From Eukaryota sp. GEM-RC1 (Eukaryota), in assembly GCA_040285855.1 (NCBI GenBank), contig JAUFOQ010000016.1, positions 1-64,000 on the forward strand: 64,000 bases of DNA. Reading direction: 5' to 3'. Both the position numbers and the translations under genes were made by a program. Position 1 is the stretch's first letter, and each line of letters starts with the position of its first letter. The notes under the pieces are model-generated. The model worked only from the letters and a program-made list of their open reading frames with translations, made no database searches and was not told where the DNA came from. Positions 25,535-41,198 of the stretch are shown in pieces.

Positions 25535-26456
25535 TTATGTCTTTGGTTTCTTTGACTTTGGAGTTTTACTCCCTGTTGCTGGCCTTTTAACAGGAAGATC
25601 AATTGGTTCTTGTGATTCGGTAATGTCAACAATTTCAGTATTTGATTCCTTTTGAGATATTTTGTTAAACTTTGAGAATTTTCATCGGTTTCGTCAAGTT
25701 CTTCGGTTTCTTCTGTTTTCACGTCTTGTTCTTTGGGATGCTCATTAGTCAATGAGGACACAAAGCTTTCCTTGTCATCGGGACTGATTAGAATCAAATT
25801 TGGACCATTTTGGATCCAAAGAGCATTTTGTATAAATGATTGAGAATTTAGTTTGAAAGTCCGATCACTTTCAAATGGTTCAGGGAGAGGAGAAGGTGTT
25901 GCTGAAGAGAAATTTTTGATATGGACAGGGATCCATATTGATGTTTGCCAGCTATTAACCCCCATTTGGAGATGGCAGTTCAGATTAGTTCTAAACCTTC
26001 TGGGTTCAGAATAGATTCTAAAGTTAATTAATAAAAACAAAAATACATACTGAATGACGAAGTGTTGGCTTTAACTTTCTGAAGAAGGAGAATATGGCCA
26101 TTGTCAGCGACAGACATAATGGCTTGTTGAATTGGCTGGTTCCAAATGACAAACTTCACTCTTTGAAACCTTCCAAGCACCTGAAACCGATAGAGCAGAT
26201 TTTACTTTCTGCTTGTTTCTGGGTGTCTTTTTCTTGAGTTAGAATTAAATGAATGAACATACAATAAATGACACATCACGAGTGTCAATACTTACTATCC
26301 CTGCCTGGATAGTATGGAAAACAGGGATGGCTCTGACCATGAATGTTCTGGCCAGTCTACAGAGGTGAGCGATTTTACGGAATCGAAGGTCATGAGATGA
26401 AGATTATGATCGGACATAGACGATACATCGTATTTATAGTAGGCAACAAGTGACAT
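25535..26456 (-). CDS. Gene A copy, unit 5 (frameshifted)
   Basis: Near-identical; several homopolymer runs are short. Confidence 0.45.
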
Positions 26457-26950
26457 TACAAGTGTACATTGACGTCGTTGATTTTCGAGGAAGGTCAATC
26501 ATGTCAATCATGTCACTTGTCAAATCGACTATAAATGGATCGAAACATCATTGCTTGAACATTATCTTCTCTATATGCCTCGTCCAAAGCCTCCTATGAG
26601 TAACTGTATTAGATCAACCAAGCTTGTTTGTTTTGGTGGTTCTTCACCATTTACAAAGCAACAAATGTTCAACAATCTGTGTATTCCAACTCCCAGTCTA
26701 AAGAGCCTAATGAACCTGTTCAAGTGCTAATTTGAAAGAGTGATTCGAAGAGTGATCAAAAGGATATGCACCATCATTCAAAGTTGTAGGACATGTTGGA
26801 GATGCTTTGATTGATGTAATAAATAAAGATAAGTCAGTCACTCATTTGCTCCATGAAACTGGAACGAAACTTTCGTACACTTTCTTCACCCTGTGTGATC
26901 AGCTGATTTGCGTGTTGGACAATGATATCTGAATAAGCGATATTCCCAAC

Positions 26951-27670
26951 TCAATTTTCTTGACTAGGAGCATGCTGAACGTACTTCATTATCTCTGGTG
27001 GAATAATGCTGATATCAGAGATCTCGGCTGATTCGTACACCAACTTTTTCTTTATCCAAGCGTTATTCGGCAACGAGATTGTTGGATGCACTTCTTCCAA
27101 GTCACCAACACTAATACACCTCAGTTCTTCGTCCATATTAATCTTTACATACGAGTTGTACTGGTGTTTTGTCAGTTCGGGAGTTATTCTGACAAACAAT
27201 AAGTCTTGATCCATTAAAATATTCTGCAAGCAACCATAAGTGATAGGTTTCCCTTTTATCATGTGTGTATTGCTGGCTTCTTCTTTCTGAGTGACAGCTC
27301 AATTCCTGTCTCTGGAATCTTGACTTTGTGTTCTACATCTTGTGTGTCAAAGTATGACTGTAGAAAAGTGCAAGACATTGAGGAGTAGCGTACTTGATTA
27401 GTCTAAGGTATACTTTCTTAATGTCAACATAAAGATAGTTTGACGATCTTTGAAAGAGCCATACCTTAAGTGAAGATCATACGTGTCATAACCAGCTAGC
27501 TGGTTCCAAGACCATGTGGGATCTGTTGCCACTCTTGGTTGTTTTAAAGCAGGAGCTGATAGATCACCAGGAAGTTGACGTTCTTGGGGGAGAGATGTAG
27601 CAATATTAGAACGGAAATTGTGCCGGTAAATTGTATGTTTGCAATCTTCTTGTTGTAGAAACGTGATCGG
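26951..27670 (-). CDS. ORF C copy, unit 5 (frameshifted)
   Basis: 103-aa C-terminal fragment in the track, remainder shifted. Confidence 0.45.
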
Positions 27671-30140
27671 TTATAATTACGTGAAATTAGTTTTGCCAAT
27701 AATTTATCGAAATAAGTCATTGAACTGTTCTCGTAGTATTTAACTGAGATATTAATTTAGGAGTTTTACACTAGACTTGTGAAGTTTTACACTAGACTTG
27801 TGAAGTTTTACATCAGACTTGTGAAGTTCTTCACTAGTAACATTGTTCACAAGACTTGTGATATTTTTCACAAGACTAGTGAAGTTTCTCACTGTACCCT
27901 CAAAAGTGACTTTGTTGTGAGAATTTTCACTATGACTTTTGTAAATCAGTACATTGATATTTTTCACAAGACTACTGTGCCGATATCTAGATACGGAACT
28001 GAAGGAATACTTTATTAAGTCAAATAGACAGACTAAAACTATTGATGACGTGTCATAGTGTCATTCTGAAACTTCACTACTTTCGAGGAGTATGATTTCT
28101 TACATTTCCTCTCTTCACTGGAAGTAGCTTTATCTGATTCTATTACAGTACTGCAGTACTGGAGATAGAGAATCATTTCTATATAACATATGGAACCGAG
28201 AGTTGAGTTCGAGCATCAGTCGGACATATTGGACACAACTGAAGAGAAGAAAGAACAAGATCAGTAGAAAACGTTGAGCATACAACAACAGTAACTGACT
28301 GAAATGATCGAATCTAAAATCAAAACAAGAGATCAGACAGTGATGTTGAGCTTGATGACAAACTCAATCCTTCATTCCTTACCAATGGCCGAGATGAAGA
28401 GTGTTTAGAGACTTAGAGAGACTGCATAAGTATTGGGATTCATGGAGTTCTAGCACGATGTCAATATTTTGTAGAAGCGGTAGCGAAAGACGACCAGGGA
28501 GAGTCAACAATGTCTTGACAAGGATCAAATGTGTTGAGAATGTTGATGAAACAAAACAATATTGTGGATATCATAAGTACTGTCAAAGAAGAAGTCCTGT
28601 TTGATGCCGCATTGATGAGTCAGCATACAACTCTTGATGCCTCTCCATAAGTCATGAACCATAAATCGTGAACAGGGGATATAGGTGTAATAGGAATTAA
28701 TAAATTTGGTTCATCTCTTTGCAATACTCAAGAAATATCAGGGAGATCCAGATCAGGGACACTTTGATACCTTGATGAAAGAACACACTAGAACAAATGG
28801 TTGGCCTTCCCCATATACCATCGGATTGGTTCAAAGGGAGCTAAAAATTGTTGAATAAGAAGAAGAAGGTTTGACATCAACACTGCAAATGTCTTTCGAT
28901 GGAATCTCGCACCGTTCTAGTTGTTCTTAGAAGGTTGTGACGAGTAGAAATCAACATGATTCGTTGACTAACTGAACTTTTATTATGTATCTAGGTGACT
29001 GAAAGTAAAACTATACTACACAGTGTTACACCGATACGATACGTATCGAACATTACAACATCAACTAAAATAGAAACATACTCATGCGAAGGTAGAGAGG
29101 GATTTCGATTGGCACGCAGAATTCATGTTGAATAATTCATTTTTGGCATTCAAGTTGAAAGATCAGAAATTGTTCATCGTGTTTTCATTAGCTATTACTG
29201 TGTTTTTGCAGTTCTATTCGGTGGAAGAAGGAATTTCTTCCATTCAGAACTTCAGAACTTCTTTGAATTAACTTTAAAAATAACTTTTTTTTTTTGAAAA
29301 ATTTAAAACTCCTGAATTATTCTAAAAATACAATAATCATTAATAATTTTTATATAAATGCTGTCAAAATTTCAAATTGCAAAGTCGTCTCTAAATTTGA
29401 AACGTATCGATCCTGAACGAAAGTTTTCATTAGTCGTAAATCGATACGTTTCAAGTTTAGGGAAGTTATTACAATAAATGAAATATCCTACATTATACAG
29501 AAAAATATACTGATTTTAGTGATGTTCATGACATCAATCAAATTTGATTGAATTAATTTTGAAAACTATTTGAAAAGAAATAAGCTTAACTATATAAAAA
29601 TCAATATATCATCTTAGAAGAACGTTCATAATCACTATTGTTTTAGTAACAACTAATCATGTGTATTAAGACTATTGAAAAATGGTAAGAAAAGAACTTT
29701 ATAAATTAGAACATATACAATCACTTACCAGCGTAAGTCTATACACATAACAGGCCATTCAGCATATCATTGTTCACAGTAATGAACATTATGACGACAA
29801 CAGTTAGGAAGAGTGTTTCGATCAAGAGTCATCGAAGGCTATTGTTGAATAGAATGTTGCAATATCTTTTGTAAAAGTTTACAATTTGACAAATAAAGTA
29901 CCTTTGTAATTTTTCTATAAATCGTAACCCTAAGAGTAATCCTAAAAAGAAATTCAGAATACAAAATCGTAACCCTAAAACTGACCCTAAGAGTAACCCT
30001 AAAAAGAAATTCAGATTTCAAAATCGTAATTCTAAGAGTGACCCTAAGAGTAACCCTAAAAACATAGAGAAATAAAACATATAAGGAAAAATAATTTATT
30101 GAAGAAAAGGAATACTATACAATTAACAAAATACACATTA

Positions 30141-31063
30141 TTATGTCTTTGGTTTCTTTGACTTTGGAGTTTTACTCCTTGTTGCTGGCCTTTTAACAGG
30201 AAGATCAATTGGTTCTTGTGATTCGGTAATGTCAACAATTTCAGTATTTGATTCCTTTTGAGATATTTTGTTAAACTTTGAGAATTTTCATCGGTTTCGT
30301 CAAGTTCTTCGGTTTCTTCTGTTTTCACGTCTTGTTCTTTGGGATGCTCATTAGTCAATGAGGACACAAAGCTTTCCTTGTCATCGGGACTGATTAGAAT
30401 CAAATTTGGACCATTTTGGATCCAAAGAGCATTTTGTATAAATGATTGAGAATTTAGTTTGAAAGTCCGATCACTTTCAAATGGTTCAGGGAGAGGAGAA
30501 GGTGTTGCTGAAGAGAAATTTTTGATATGGACAGGGATCCATATTGATGTTTGCCAGCTATTAACCCCCATTTGGAGATGGCAGTTCAGATTAGTTCTAA
30601 ACCTTCTGGGTTCAGAATAGATTCTAAAGTTAATTAATAAAAACAAAAATACATACTGAATGACGAAGTGTTGGCTTTAACTTTCTGAAGAAGGAGAATA
30701 TGGCCATTGTCAGCGACAGACATAATGGCTTGTTGAATTGGCTGGTTCCAAATGACAAACTTCACTCTTTGAAACCTTCCAAGCACCTGAAACCGATAGA
30801 GCAGATTTTACTTTCTGCTTGTTTCTGGGTGTCTTTTTCTTGAGTTAGAATTAAATGAATGAACATACAATAAATGACACATCACGAGTGTCAATACTTA
30901 CTATCCCTGCCTGGATAGTATGGAAAACAGGGGATGGCTCTGACCATGAATGTTCTGGCCAGTCTACAGAGGTGAGCGATTTTACGGAATCGAAGGTCAT
31001 GAGATGAAGATTATGATCGGACATAGACGATACATCGTATTTATAGTAGGCAACAAGTGACAT
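30141..31063 (-). CDS. Gene A copy, unit 6 (frameshifted)
   Basis: Near-identical to the unit 1 copy. Confidence 0.45.
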
Positions 31064-32014
31064 TACAAGTGTACATTGACGTCGTTGATTTTCGAGGAAG
31101 GTCAATCATGTCAATCATGTCACTTGTCAAATCGACTATAAATGGATCGAAACATCATTGCTTGAACATTATCTTCTCTATATGCCTCGTCCAAAGCCTC
31201 CTATGAGTAACTGTATTAGATCAACCAAGCTTGTTTGTTTTGGTGGTTCTTCACCATTTACAAAGCAACAAATGTACAACAATCTGTGTATTCCAACTCC
31301 CAGTCTAAAGAGCCTAATGAACCTGTTCAAGTGCTAATTTGAAAGAGTGATCAAAAGGCTCGTCAATTTCATTTACTAATTACAGTGTATTTGCTATTGT
31401 GTTTGGAACAAACAGAAAACGTTGCTGACCAAAAGAAAATCTTTGCTATCACTTGCTATTGGGAGCCTGTATGTGTTCCTCCTTCTCACTATTATTCATG
31501 TATATCCAAATTTGATTGTCAATCATTTATGATTAACTTTGATTGTGAACAACAACATGGTTATAAGATTTCATCAATCGAACACAGTGTTGTTGAAATG
31601 ATCAACAATGGTATGTATTATTTATTTAACTCATTTTTGGTGCTTCTGATTATGACTATCATTCAAAATAGGAGGTGATTTCGATTTCTCCTCCAAACGA
31701 AGGTTATACTCGAAAATAGCATTGGCAAACTCGGTACTATTATCACTATGGATACAAAACGGTATTCCAAAGATAGCAAACACATCCCACACAAGACGAT
31801 ATGCTACTTCTCTACTGTTAAGTTTCTGCGCGCACCATCATTCAAAGTTGTAGGACATGTTGGAGATGCTTTGATTGATGTAATAAATAAAGATAAGTCA
31901 GTCACTCATTTGCTCCATGAAACTGGAACGAAACTTTCGTACACTTTCTTCACCCTGTGTGATCAGCTGATTTGTGTGTTGGACAATGATATCTGAATAA
32001 GCGATATTCCCAAC

Positions 32015-32737
32015 TCAATTTTCTTGACTAGGAGCATGCTGAACGTACTTCATTATCTCTGGTGGAATAATGCTGATATCAGAAATCTCGGCTGATTCGT
32101 ACACCAACTTTTTCTTTATCCAAGCGTTATTCGGCAACGAGATTGTTGGATGCACTTCTTCCAAGTCACCAACACTAATACACCTCAGTTCTTCGTCCAT
32201 ATTAATCTTTACATACGAGTTGTACTGGTGTTTTGTCAGTTCGGGAGTTATTCTGACAAACAATAAGTCTTGATCCATTAAAATTTTCTGCAAGCAACCA
32301 TAAGTGATAGGTTTCCCTTTTATCATGTGTGTATTGCTGGCTTCTTCTTTTCTGAGTGACAGCTCAATTCCTGTCTCTGGAATCTTGACTTTGTGTTCTA
32401 CATCTTGTGTGTCAAAGTATGACTGTAGAAAAAGTGCAAGACATTGAGGAGTAGCGTACTTGATTAGTCTAAGGTATACTTTCTTAATGTCAACATAAAG
32501 ATAGTTTGACGATCTTTTGAAAGAGCCATACCTTAAGTGAAGATCATACGTGTCATAACCAGCTAGCTGGTTCCAAGACCATGTGGGATCTGTTGCCACT
32601 CTTGGTTGTTTTAAAGCAGGAGCTGATAGATCACCAGGAAGTTGACGTTCTTGGGGGAGAGATGTAGCAATATTAGAACGGAAATTGTGCCGGTAAATTG
32701 TATGTTTGCAATCTTCTTGTTGTAGAAACGTGATCGG
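32015..32737 (-). CDS. ORF C copy, unit 6 (open)
   Basis: 194-aa tracked ORF plus the upstream extension. Confidence 0.58.
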   Translation of the reverse strand, partial: PITFLQQEDCKHTIYRHNFRSNIATSLPQERQLPGDLSAPALKQPRVATDPTWSWNQLAGYDTYDLHLRYGSFKRSSNYLYVDIKKVYLRLIKYATPQCLALFLQSYFDTQDVEHKVKIPETGIELSLRKEEASNTHMIKGKPITYGCLQKILMDQDLLFVRITPELTKHQYNSYVKINMDEELRCISVGDLEEVHPTISLPNNAWIKKKLVYESAEISDISIIPPEIMKYVQHAPSQEN

Positions 32738-35192
32738 TTATAATTACGTGAAATTAGTTTTGCCAATAATTTATCGAAATAAGTCATTGAACTGTTCTCG
32801 TAGTATTTAACTGAGATATTAATTTAGGAGTTTTACACTAGACTTGTGAAGTTTTACATCAGACTTGTGAAGTTCTTCACTAGTAACATTGTTCACAAGA
32901 CTTGTGATATTTTTCACAAGACTAGTGAAATTTCTCACTGTACCCTCAAAAGTGACTTTGTTGTGAGAATTTTCACTATGACTTTTGTAAATCAGTACAT
33001 TGATATTTTTCACAAGACTACTGTGCCGATATCTAGATACGGAACTGAAGGAATACTTTATTAAGTCAAATAGACAGACTAAAACTATTGATGACGTGTC
33101 ATAGTGTCATTCTGAAACTTCACTACTTTCGAGGAGTATGATTTCTTACATTTCCTCTCTTCACTGGAAGTAGCTTTATCTGATTCTATTACAGTACTGC
33201 AGTACTGGAGATAGAGAATCATTTCTATATAACACATGGAACCGAGAGTTGAGTTCGAGCATCAGTCGGACATATTGGACACAACTGAAGAGAAGAAAGA
33301 ACAAGATCAGTAGAAAACGTTGAGCATACAACAACAGTAACTGACTGAAATGATCGAATCTAAAATCAAAACAAGAGATCAGACAGTGATGTTGAGCTTG
33401 ATGACAAACTCAATCCTTCATTCCTTACCAATGGCCGAGATGAAGAGTGTTTAGAGACTTAGAGAGACTGCATAAGTATTGGGATTCATGGAGTTCTAGC
33501 ACGATGTCAATATTTTGTAGAAGCGGTAGCGAAAGACGACCAGGGAGAGTCAACAATGTCTTGACAAGGATCAAATGTGTTGAGAATGTTGATGAAACAA
33601 AACAATATTGTGGATATCATAAGTACTGTCAAAGAAGAAGTCCTGTTTGATGCCGCATTGATGAGTCAGCATACAACTCTTGATGCCTCTCCATAAGTCA
33701 TGAACCATAAATCGTGAACAGGGGATATAGGTGTAATAGGAATTAATAAATTTGGTTCATCTCTTTGCAATACTCAAGAAATATCAGGGAGATCCAGATC
33801 AGGGACACTTTGATACCTTGATGAAAGAACACACTAGAACAAATGGTTGGCCTTCCCCATATACCATCGGATTGGTTCAAAGGGAGCTAAAAATTGTTGA
33901 ATAAGAAGAAGAAGGTTTGACATCAACACTGCAAATGTCTTTCGATGGAATCTCGCACCGTTCTAGTTGTTCTTAGAAGGTTGTGACGAGTAGAAATCAA
34001 CATGATTCGTTGACTAACTGAACTTTTATTATGTATCTAGGTGACTGAAAGTAAAACTATACTACACAGTGTTACACCGATACGATACGTATCGAACATT
34101 ACAACATCAACTAAAATAGAAACATACTCATGCGAAGGTAGAGAGGGATTTCGATTGGCACGCAGAATTCATGTTGAATAATTCATTTTTGGCATTCAAG
34201 TTGAAAGATCAGAAATTGTTCATCGTGTTTTTCATTAGCTATTACTGTGTTTTTGCAGTTCTATTCGGTGGAAGAAGGAATTTCTTCCATTCAGAACTTC
34301 AGAACTTCTTTGAATTAACTTTAAAAATAACTTTTTCTTTTTTTTTTTGAAAAATTTAAAACTCCTGAATTATTCTAAAAATACAATAATCATTAATAAT
34401 TTTTATATAAATGCTGTCAAAATTTCAAATTGCAAAGTCGTCTCTAAATTTGAAACGTATCGATCCTGAACGAAAGTTTTCATTAGTCGTAAATCGATAC
34501 GTTTCAAATTTAGGGAAGTATTACAATAAATGAAATATCCTACATTATACAGAAAAATATACTGATTTTAGTGATGTTCATGACATCAATCAAATTTGAT
34601 TGAATTAATTTTGAAAACTATTTGAAAAGAAATAAGCTTAACTATATAAAAATCAATATATCATCTTAGAAGAACGTTCATAATCACTATTGTTTTAGTA
34701 ACAACTAATTATGTGTATTAAGACTATTGAAAAATGGTAAGAAAAGAACTTTATAAATTAGAACATATACAATCACTTACCAGCGTAAGTCTATACACAT
34801 AACAGGCCATTCAGCATATCATTGTTCACAGTAATGAACATTATGACGACAACAGTTAGGAAGAGTGTTTCGATCAAGAGTCATCGAAGGCTATTGTTGA
34901 ATAGAATGTTGCAATATCTTTTGTAAAAGTTTACAATTTGACAAATAAAGTACCTTTGTAATTTTTCTATAAATCGTAACCCTGAGAGTAATCCTAAAAA
35001 GAAATTCAGAATACAAAATCGTAACCCTAAAACTGACCCTAAGAGTAACCCTAAAAAGAAATTCAGATTTAAAAATCGTAATTCTAAGAGTGACCCTAAG
35101 AGTAACCCTAAAAACATAGAGAAATAAAACATATAAGGAAAAATAATTTATTGAAGAAAAGGAATACTATACAATTAACAAAATACACATTA

Positions 35193-36113
35193 TTATGTCT
35201 TTGGTTTCTTTGACTTTGGAGTTTTACTCCTTGTTGCTGGCCTTTTAACAGGAAGATCAATTGGTTCTTGTGATTCGGTAATGTCAACAATTTCAGTATT
35301 TGATTCCTTTTGAGATATTTTGTTAAACTTTGAGAATTTTCATCGGTTTCGTCAAGTTCTTCGGTTTCTTCTGTTTTCACGTCTTGTTCTTTGGGATGCT
35401 CATTAGTCAATGAGGACACAAAGCTTTCCTTGTCATCGGGACTGATTAGAATCAAATTTGGACCATTTTGGATCCAAAGAGCATTTTGTATAAATGATTG
35501 AGAATTTAGTTTGAAAGTCCGATCACTTTCAAATGGTTCAGGAGAGGAGAAGGTGTTGCTGAAGAGAAATTTTTGATATGGACAGGGATCCATATTGATG
35601 TTTGCCAGCTATTAACCCCCATTTGGAGATGGCAGTTCAGATTAGTTCTAAACCTTCTGGGTTCAGAATAGATTCTAAAGTTAATTAATAAAAACAAAAA
35701 TACATACTGAATGACGAAGTGTTGGCTTTAACTTTCTGAAGAAGGAGAATATGGCCATTGTCAGCGACAGACATAATGGCTTGTTGAATTGGCTGGTTCC
35801 AAATGACAAACTTCACTCTTTGAAACCTTCCAAGCACCTGAAACCGATAGAGCAGATTTTACTTTCTGCTTGTTTCTGGGTGTCTTTTTCTTGAGTTAGA
35901 ATTAAATGAATGAACATACAATAAATGACACATCACGAGTGTCAATACTTACTATCCCTGCCTGGATAGTATGGAAAACAGGGATGGCTCTGACCATGAA
36001 TGTTCTGGCCAGTCTACAGAGGTGAGCGATTTTACGGAATCGAAGGTCATGAGATGAAGATTATGATGGGACATAGACGATACATCGTATTTATAGTAGG
36101 CAACAAGTGACAT
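35193..36113 (-). CDS. Gene A copy, unit 7 (frameshifted)
   Basis: Near-identical; several homopolymer runs are short. Confidence 0.45.
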
Positions 36114-36593
36114 TACAAGTGTACATTGACGTCGTTGATTTTCGAGGAAGGTCAATCATGTCAATCATGTCACTTGTCAAATCGACTATAAATGGATCGA
36201 AACATCATTGCTTGAACATTATCTTCTCTATATGCCTCGTCCAAAGCCTCCTATGAGTAACTGTATTAGATCAACCAAGCTTGTTTGTTTTGGTGGTTCT
36301 TGACCATTTACAAAGCAACAAATGTACAACAATCTGTGTATTCCAACTCCCAGTCTAAAGAGCCTAATGAACCTGTTCAAGTGCTAATTTGAAAGAGTGA
36401 TCAAAGGTTCGCACCATCATTCAAAGTTGTAGGACATGTTGGAGATGCTTTGATTGATGTAATAAATAAAGATAAGTCAGTCACTCATTTGCTCCATGAA
36501 ACTGGAACGAAACTTTCGTACACTTTCTTCACCCTGTGTGATCAGCTGATTTGCGTGTTGGACAATGATATCTGAATAAGCGATATTCCCAAC

Positions 36594-37315
36594 TCAATTT
36601 TCTTGACTAGGAGCATGCTGAACGTACTTCATTATCTCTGGTGGAATAATGCTGATATCAGAGATCTCGGCTGATTCGTACACCAATTTTTTCTTTATCC
36701 AAGCGTTATTCGGCAACGAGATTGTTGGATGCACTTCTTCCAAGTCACCAACACTAATACACCTCAGTTCTTCGTCCATATTAATCTTTACATACGAGTT
36801 GTTCTGGTGTTTTGTCAGTTCGGGAGTTATTCTGACAAACAATAAGTCTTGATCCATTAAAATTTTCTGCAAGCAACCAGAAGTGATAGGTTTCCCTTTT
36901 ATCATGTGTGTATTGCTGGCTTCTTCTTTCTGAGTGACAGCTCAATTCCTGTCTCTGGAATCTTGACTTTGTGTTCTACATCTTGTGTGTCAAAGTATGA
37001 CTGTAGAAAAAGTGCAAGACATTGAGGAGTAGCGTACTTGATTAGTCTAAGGTATACTTTCTTAATGTCAACATAAAGATAGTTTGACGATCTTTTGAAA
37101 GAGCCATACCTTAAGTGAAGATCATACGTGTCATAACCAGCTAGCTGGTTCCAAGACCATGTGGGATCTGTTGCCACTCTTGGTTGTTTTAAAGCAGGAG
37201 CTGATAGATCACCAGGAAGTTGACGTTCTTGGGGGAGAGATGTAGCAATATTAGAACGGAAATTGTGCCGGTAAATTGTATGTTTGCAATCTTCTTGTTG
37301 TAGAAACGTGATCGG
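36594..37315 (-). CDS. ORF C copy, unit 7 (1-nt shift)
   Basis: Split into 91-aa and 103-aa ORFs. Confidence 0.5.
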
Positions 37316-39795
37316 TTATAATTACGTGAAATTAGTTTTGCCAATAATTTATCGAAATAAGTCATTGAACTGTTCTCGTAGTATTTAACTGAGATATTAA
37401 TTTAGGAGTTTTACACTAGACTTGTGAAGTTTTACACTAGACTTGTGAAGTTTTACATCAGACTTGTGAAGTTCTTCACTAGTAACATTGCTCACAAGAC
37501 TTGTGATATTTTTCACAAGACTAGTGAAGTTTCTCACTGTACCCTCAAAAGTGACTTTGTTGTGAGAATTTTCACTATGACTTTTGTAAATCAGTACATT
37601 GATATTTTTCACAAGACTACTGTGCCGATATCTAGATACGGAACTGAAGGAATACTTTATTAAGTCAAATAGACAGACTAAAACTATTGATGACGTGTCA
37701 TAGTGTCATTCTGAAACTTCACTACTTTCGAGGAGTATGATTTCTTACATTTCCTCTCTTCACTGGAAGTAGCTTTATCTGATTCTATTACAGTACTGCA
37801 GTACTGGAGATAGAGAATCATTTCTATATAACATATGGAACCGAGAGTTGAGTTCGAGCATCAGTCGGACATATTGGACACAACTGAAGAGAAGAAAGAA
37901 CAAGATCACTAGAAAACGTTGAGCATACAACAACAGTAACTGACTGAAATGATCGAATCTAAAATCAAAACAAGAGATCAGACAGTGATGTTGAGCTTGA
38001 TGACAAACTCAATCCTTCATTCCTTACCAATGGCCGAGATGAAGAATGTTTAGAGACTTAGAGAGGAGAGACTGCATAAGTATTGGGATTCATGGAGTTC
38101 TAGCACGATGTCAATATTTTGTAGAAGCGGTAGCGAAAGACGACCAGGGAGAGTCAACAATGTCTTGACAAGGATCAAATGTGTTGAGAATGTTGATGAA
38201 ACAAAACAATATTGTGGATATCATAAGTACTGTCAAAGAAGAAGTCCTGTTTGATGCCGCATTGATGAGTCAGCATACAACTCTTGATGCCTCTCCATAA
38301 GTCATCAACCATAAATCGTGAACAGGGGATATAGGTGTAATAGGAATTAATAAATTTGGTTCATCTCTTTGCAATACTCAAGAAATATCAGGGAGATCCA
38401 GATCAGGGACACTTTGATACCTTGATGAAAGAACACACTAGAACAAATGGTTGGCCTTCCCCATATACCATCGGATTGGTTCAAAGGGAGCTAAAAATTG
38501 TTGAATAAGAAGAAGAAGGTTTGACATCAACACTGCAAATGTCTTTCGATGGAATCTCGCACCGTTCTAGTTGTTCTTAGAAGGTTGTGACGAGTAGAAA
38601 TCAACATGATTCGTTGACTAACTGAACTTTTATTATGTATCTACGTGACTGAAAGTAAAACTATACTACACAGTGTTACACCGATACGATACGTATCGAA
38701 CATTACAACATCAACTAAAATAGAAACATACTCATGCGAAGGTAGAGAGGGATTTCGATTGGCACGCAGAATTCATGTTGAATAATTCATTTTTGGCATT
38801 CAAGTTGAAAGATCAGAAATTGTTCATCGTGTTTTTCATTAGCTATTACTGTGTTTTTGCAGTTCGTGGAAGAAGGAATTTCTTCCATTCAGAACTTCAG
38901 AACTTCTTTGAATTAACTTTAAAAATAACTTTTTTCTTTTTTTTTTGAAAAATTTAAAACTCCTGAATTATTCTAAAAATACAATAATCATTAATACTTT
39001 TTATATAAATGCTGTCAAAATTTCAAATTGCAAAGTCGTCTCTAAATTTGAAACGTATCGATCCTGAACGAAAGTTTTTCATTAGTCGTAAATCGATACG
39101 TTTCAAATTTAGGGAAGATATTACAATAAATGAAATATCCTACATTATACAGAAAAATATACTGATTTTAGTGATGTTCATGACATCAATCAAATTTGAT
39201 TGAATTAATTTTGAAAACTATTTGAAAAGAAATAAGCTTAACTATATAAAAATCAATATATCATCTTAGAAGAACGTTCATAATCACTATTGTTTTAGTA
39301 ACAACTAATCATGTGTATTAAGACTATTGAAAAATGGTAAGAAAAAAGAACTTTATAAATTAGAACATATACAATCACTTACCAGCGTAAGTCTATACAC
39401 ATAACAGGCCATTCAGCATATCATTGTTCACAGTAATGAACATTATGACGACAACAGTTAGGAAGAGTGTTTCGATCAAGAGTCATCGAAGGCTATTGTT
39501 GAATAGAATGTTGCAATATCTTTTGTAAAAGTTTACAATTTGACAAATAAAGTACCTTTGTAATTTTTCTATAAATCGTAACCCTAAGAGTTATCCTAAA
39601 AAAGAAATTCAGAATACAAAATCGTAACCCTAAAACTGACCCTAAGAGTAACCCTAAAAAGAAATTCAGATTTCAAAATCGTAATTCTAAGAGTGACCCT
39701 AAGAGTAACCCTAAAAACATAGAGAAATAAAACATATAAGGAAAAATAATTTATTGAAGAAAAGGAATACTATACAATTAACAAAATACACATTA

Positions 39796-40717
39796 TTATG
39801 TCTTTGGTTTCTTTGACTTTGGAGTTTTACTCCCTGTTGCTGGCCTTTTAACAGGAAGATCAATTGGTTCTTGTGATTCGGTAATGTCAACAATTTCAGT
39901 ATTTGATTCCTTTTGAGATATTTTGTTAAACTTTGAGAATTTTCATCGGTTTCGTCAAGTTCTTCGGTTTCTTCTGTTTTCACGTCTTGTTCTTTGGGAT
40001 GCTCATTAGTCAATGAGGACACAAAGCTTTCCTTGTCATCGGGACTGATTAGAATCAAATTTGGACCATTTTGGATCCAAAGAGCATTTTGTATAAATGA
40101 TTGAGAATTTAGTTTGAAAGTCCGATCACTTTCAAATGGTTCAGGGAGAGGAGAAGGTGTTGCTGAAGAGAAATTTTTGATATGGACAGGGATCCATATT
40201 GATGTTTGCCAGCTATTAACCCCCATTTGGAGATGGCAGTTCAGATTAGTTCTAAACCTTCTGGGTTCAGAATAGATTCTAAAGTTAATTAATAAAAACA
40301 AAAATACATACTGAATGACGAAGTGTTGGCTTTAACTTTCTGAAGAAGGAGAATATGGCCATTGTCAGCGACAGACATAATGGCTTGTTGAATTGGCTGG
40401 TTCCAAATGACAAACTTCACTCTTTGAAACCTTCCAAGCACCTGAAACCGATAGAGCAGATTTTACTTTCTGCTTGTTTCTGGGTGTCTTTTTCTTGAGT
40501 TAGAATTAAATGAATGAACATACAATAAATGACACATCACGAGTGTCAATACTTACTATCCCTGCCTGGATAGTATGGAAAACAGGGATGGCTCTGACCA
40601 TGAATGTTCTGGCCAGTCTACAGAGGTGAGCGATTTTACGGAATCGAAGGTCATGAGATGAAGATTATGATCGGACATAGACGATACATCGTATTTATAG
40701 TAGGCAACAAGTGACAT
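39796..40717 (-). CDS. Gene A copy, unit 8 (frameshifted)
   Basis: Near-identical to the unit 1 copy. Confidence 0.45.
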
Positions 40718-41198
40718 TACAAGTGTACATTGACGTCGTTGATTTTCGAGGAAGGTCAATCATGTCAATCATGTCACTTGTCAAATCGACTATAAATGGA
40801 TCGAAACATCATTGCTTGAACATTATCTTCTCTATATGCCTCGTCCAAAGCCTCCTATGAGTAACTGTATTAGATCAACCAAGCTTGTTTGTTTTGGTGG
40901 TTCTTCACCATTTACAAAGCAACAAATGTTCAACAATCTGTGTATTCCAACTCCCAGTCTAAAGAGCCTAATGAACCTGTTCAAGTGCTAATTTGAAAGA
41001 GTGATCAAAAGGTTCGCACCATCATTCAAAGTTGTAGGACATGTTGGAGATGCTTTGATTGATGTAATAAATAAAGATAAGTCAGTCACTCATTTGCTCC
41101 ATGAAACTGGAACGAAACTTTCGTACACTTTCTTCACCCTGTGTGATCAGCTGATTTGCGTGTTGGACAATGATATCTGAATAAGCGATATTCCCAAC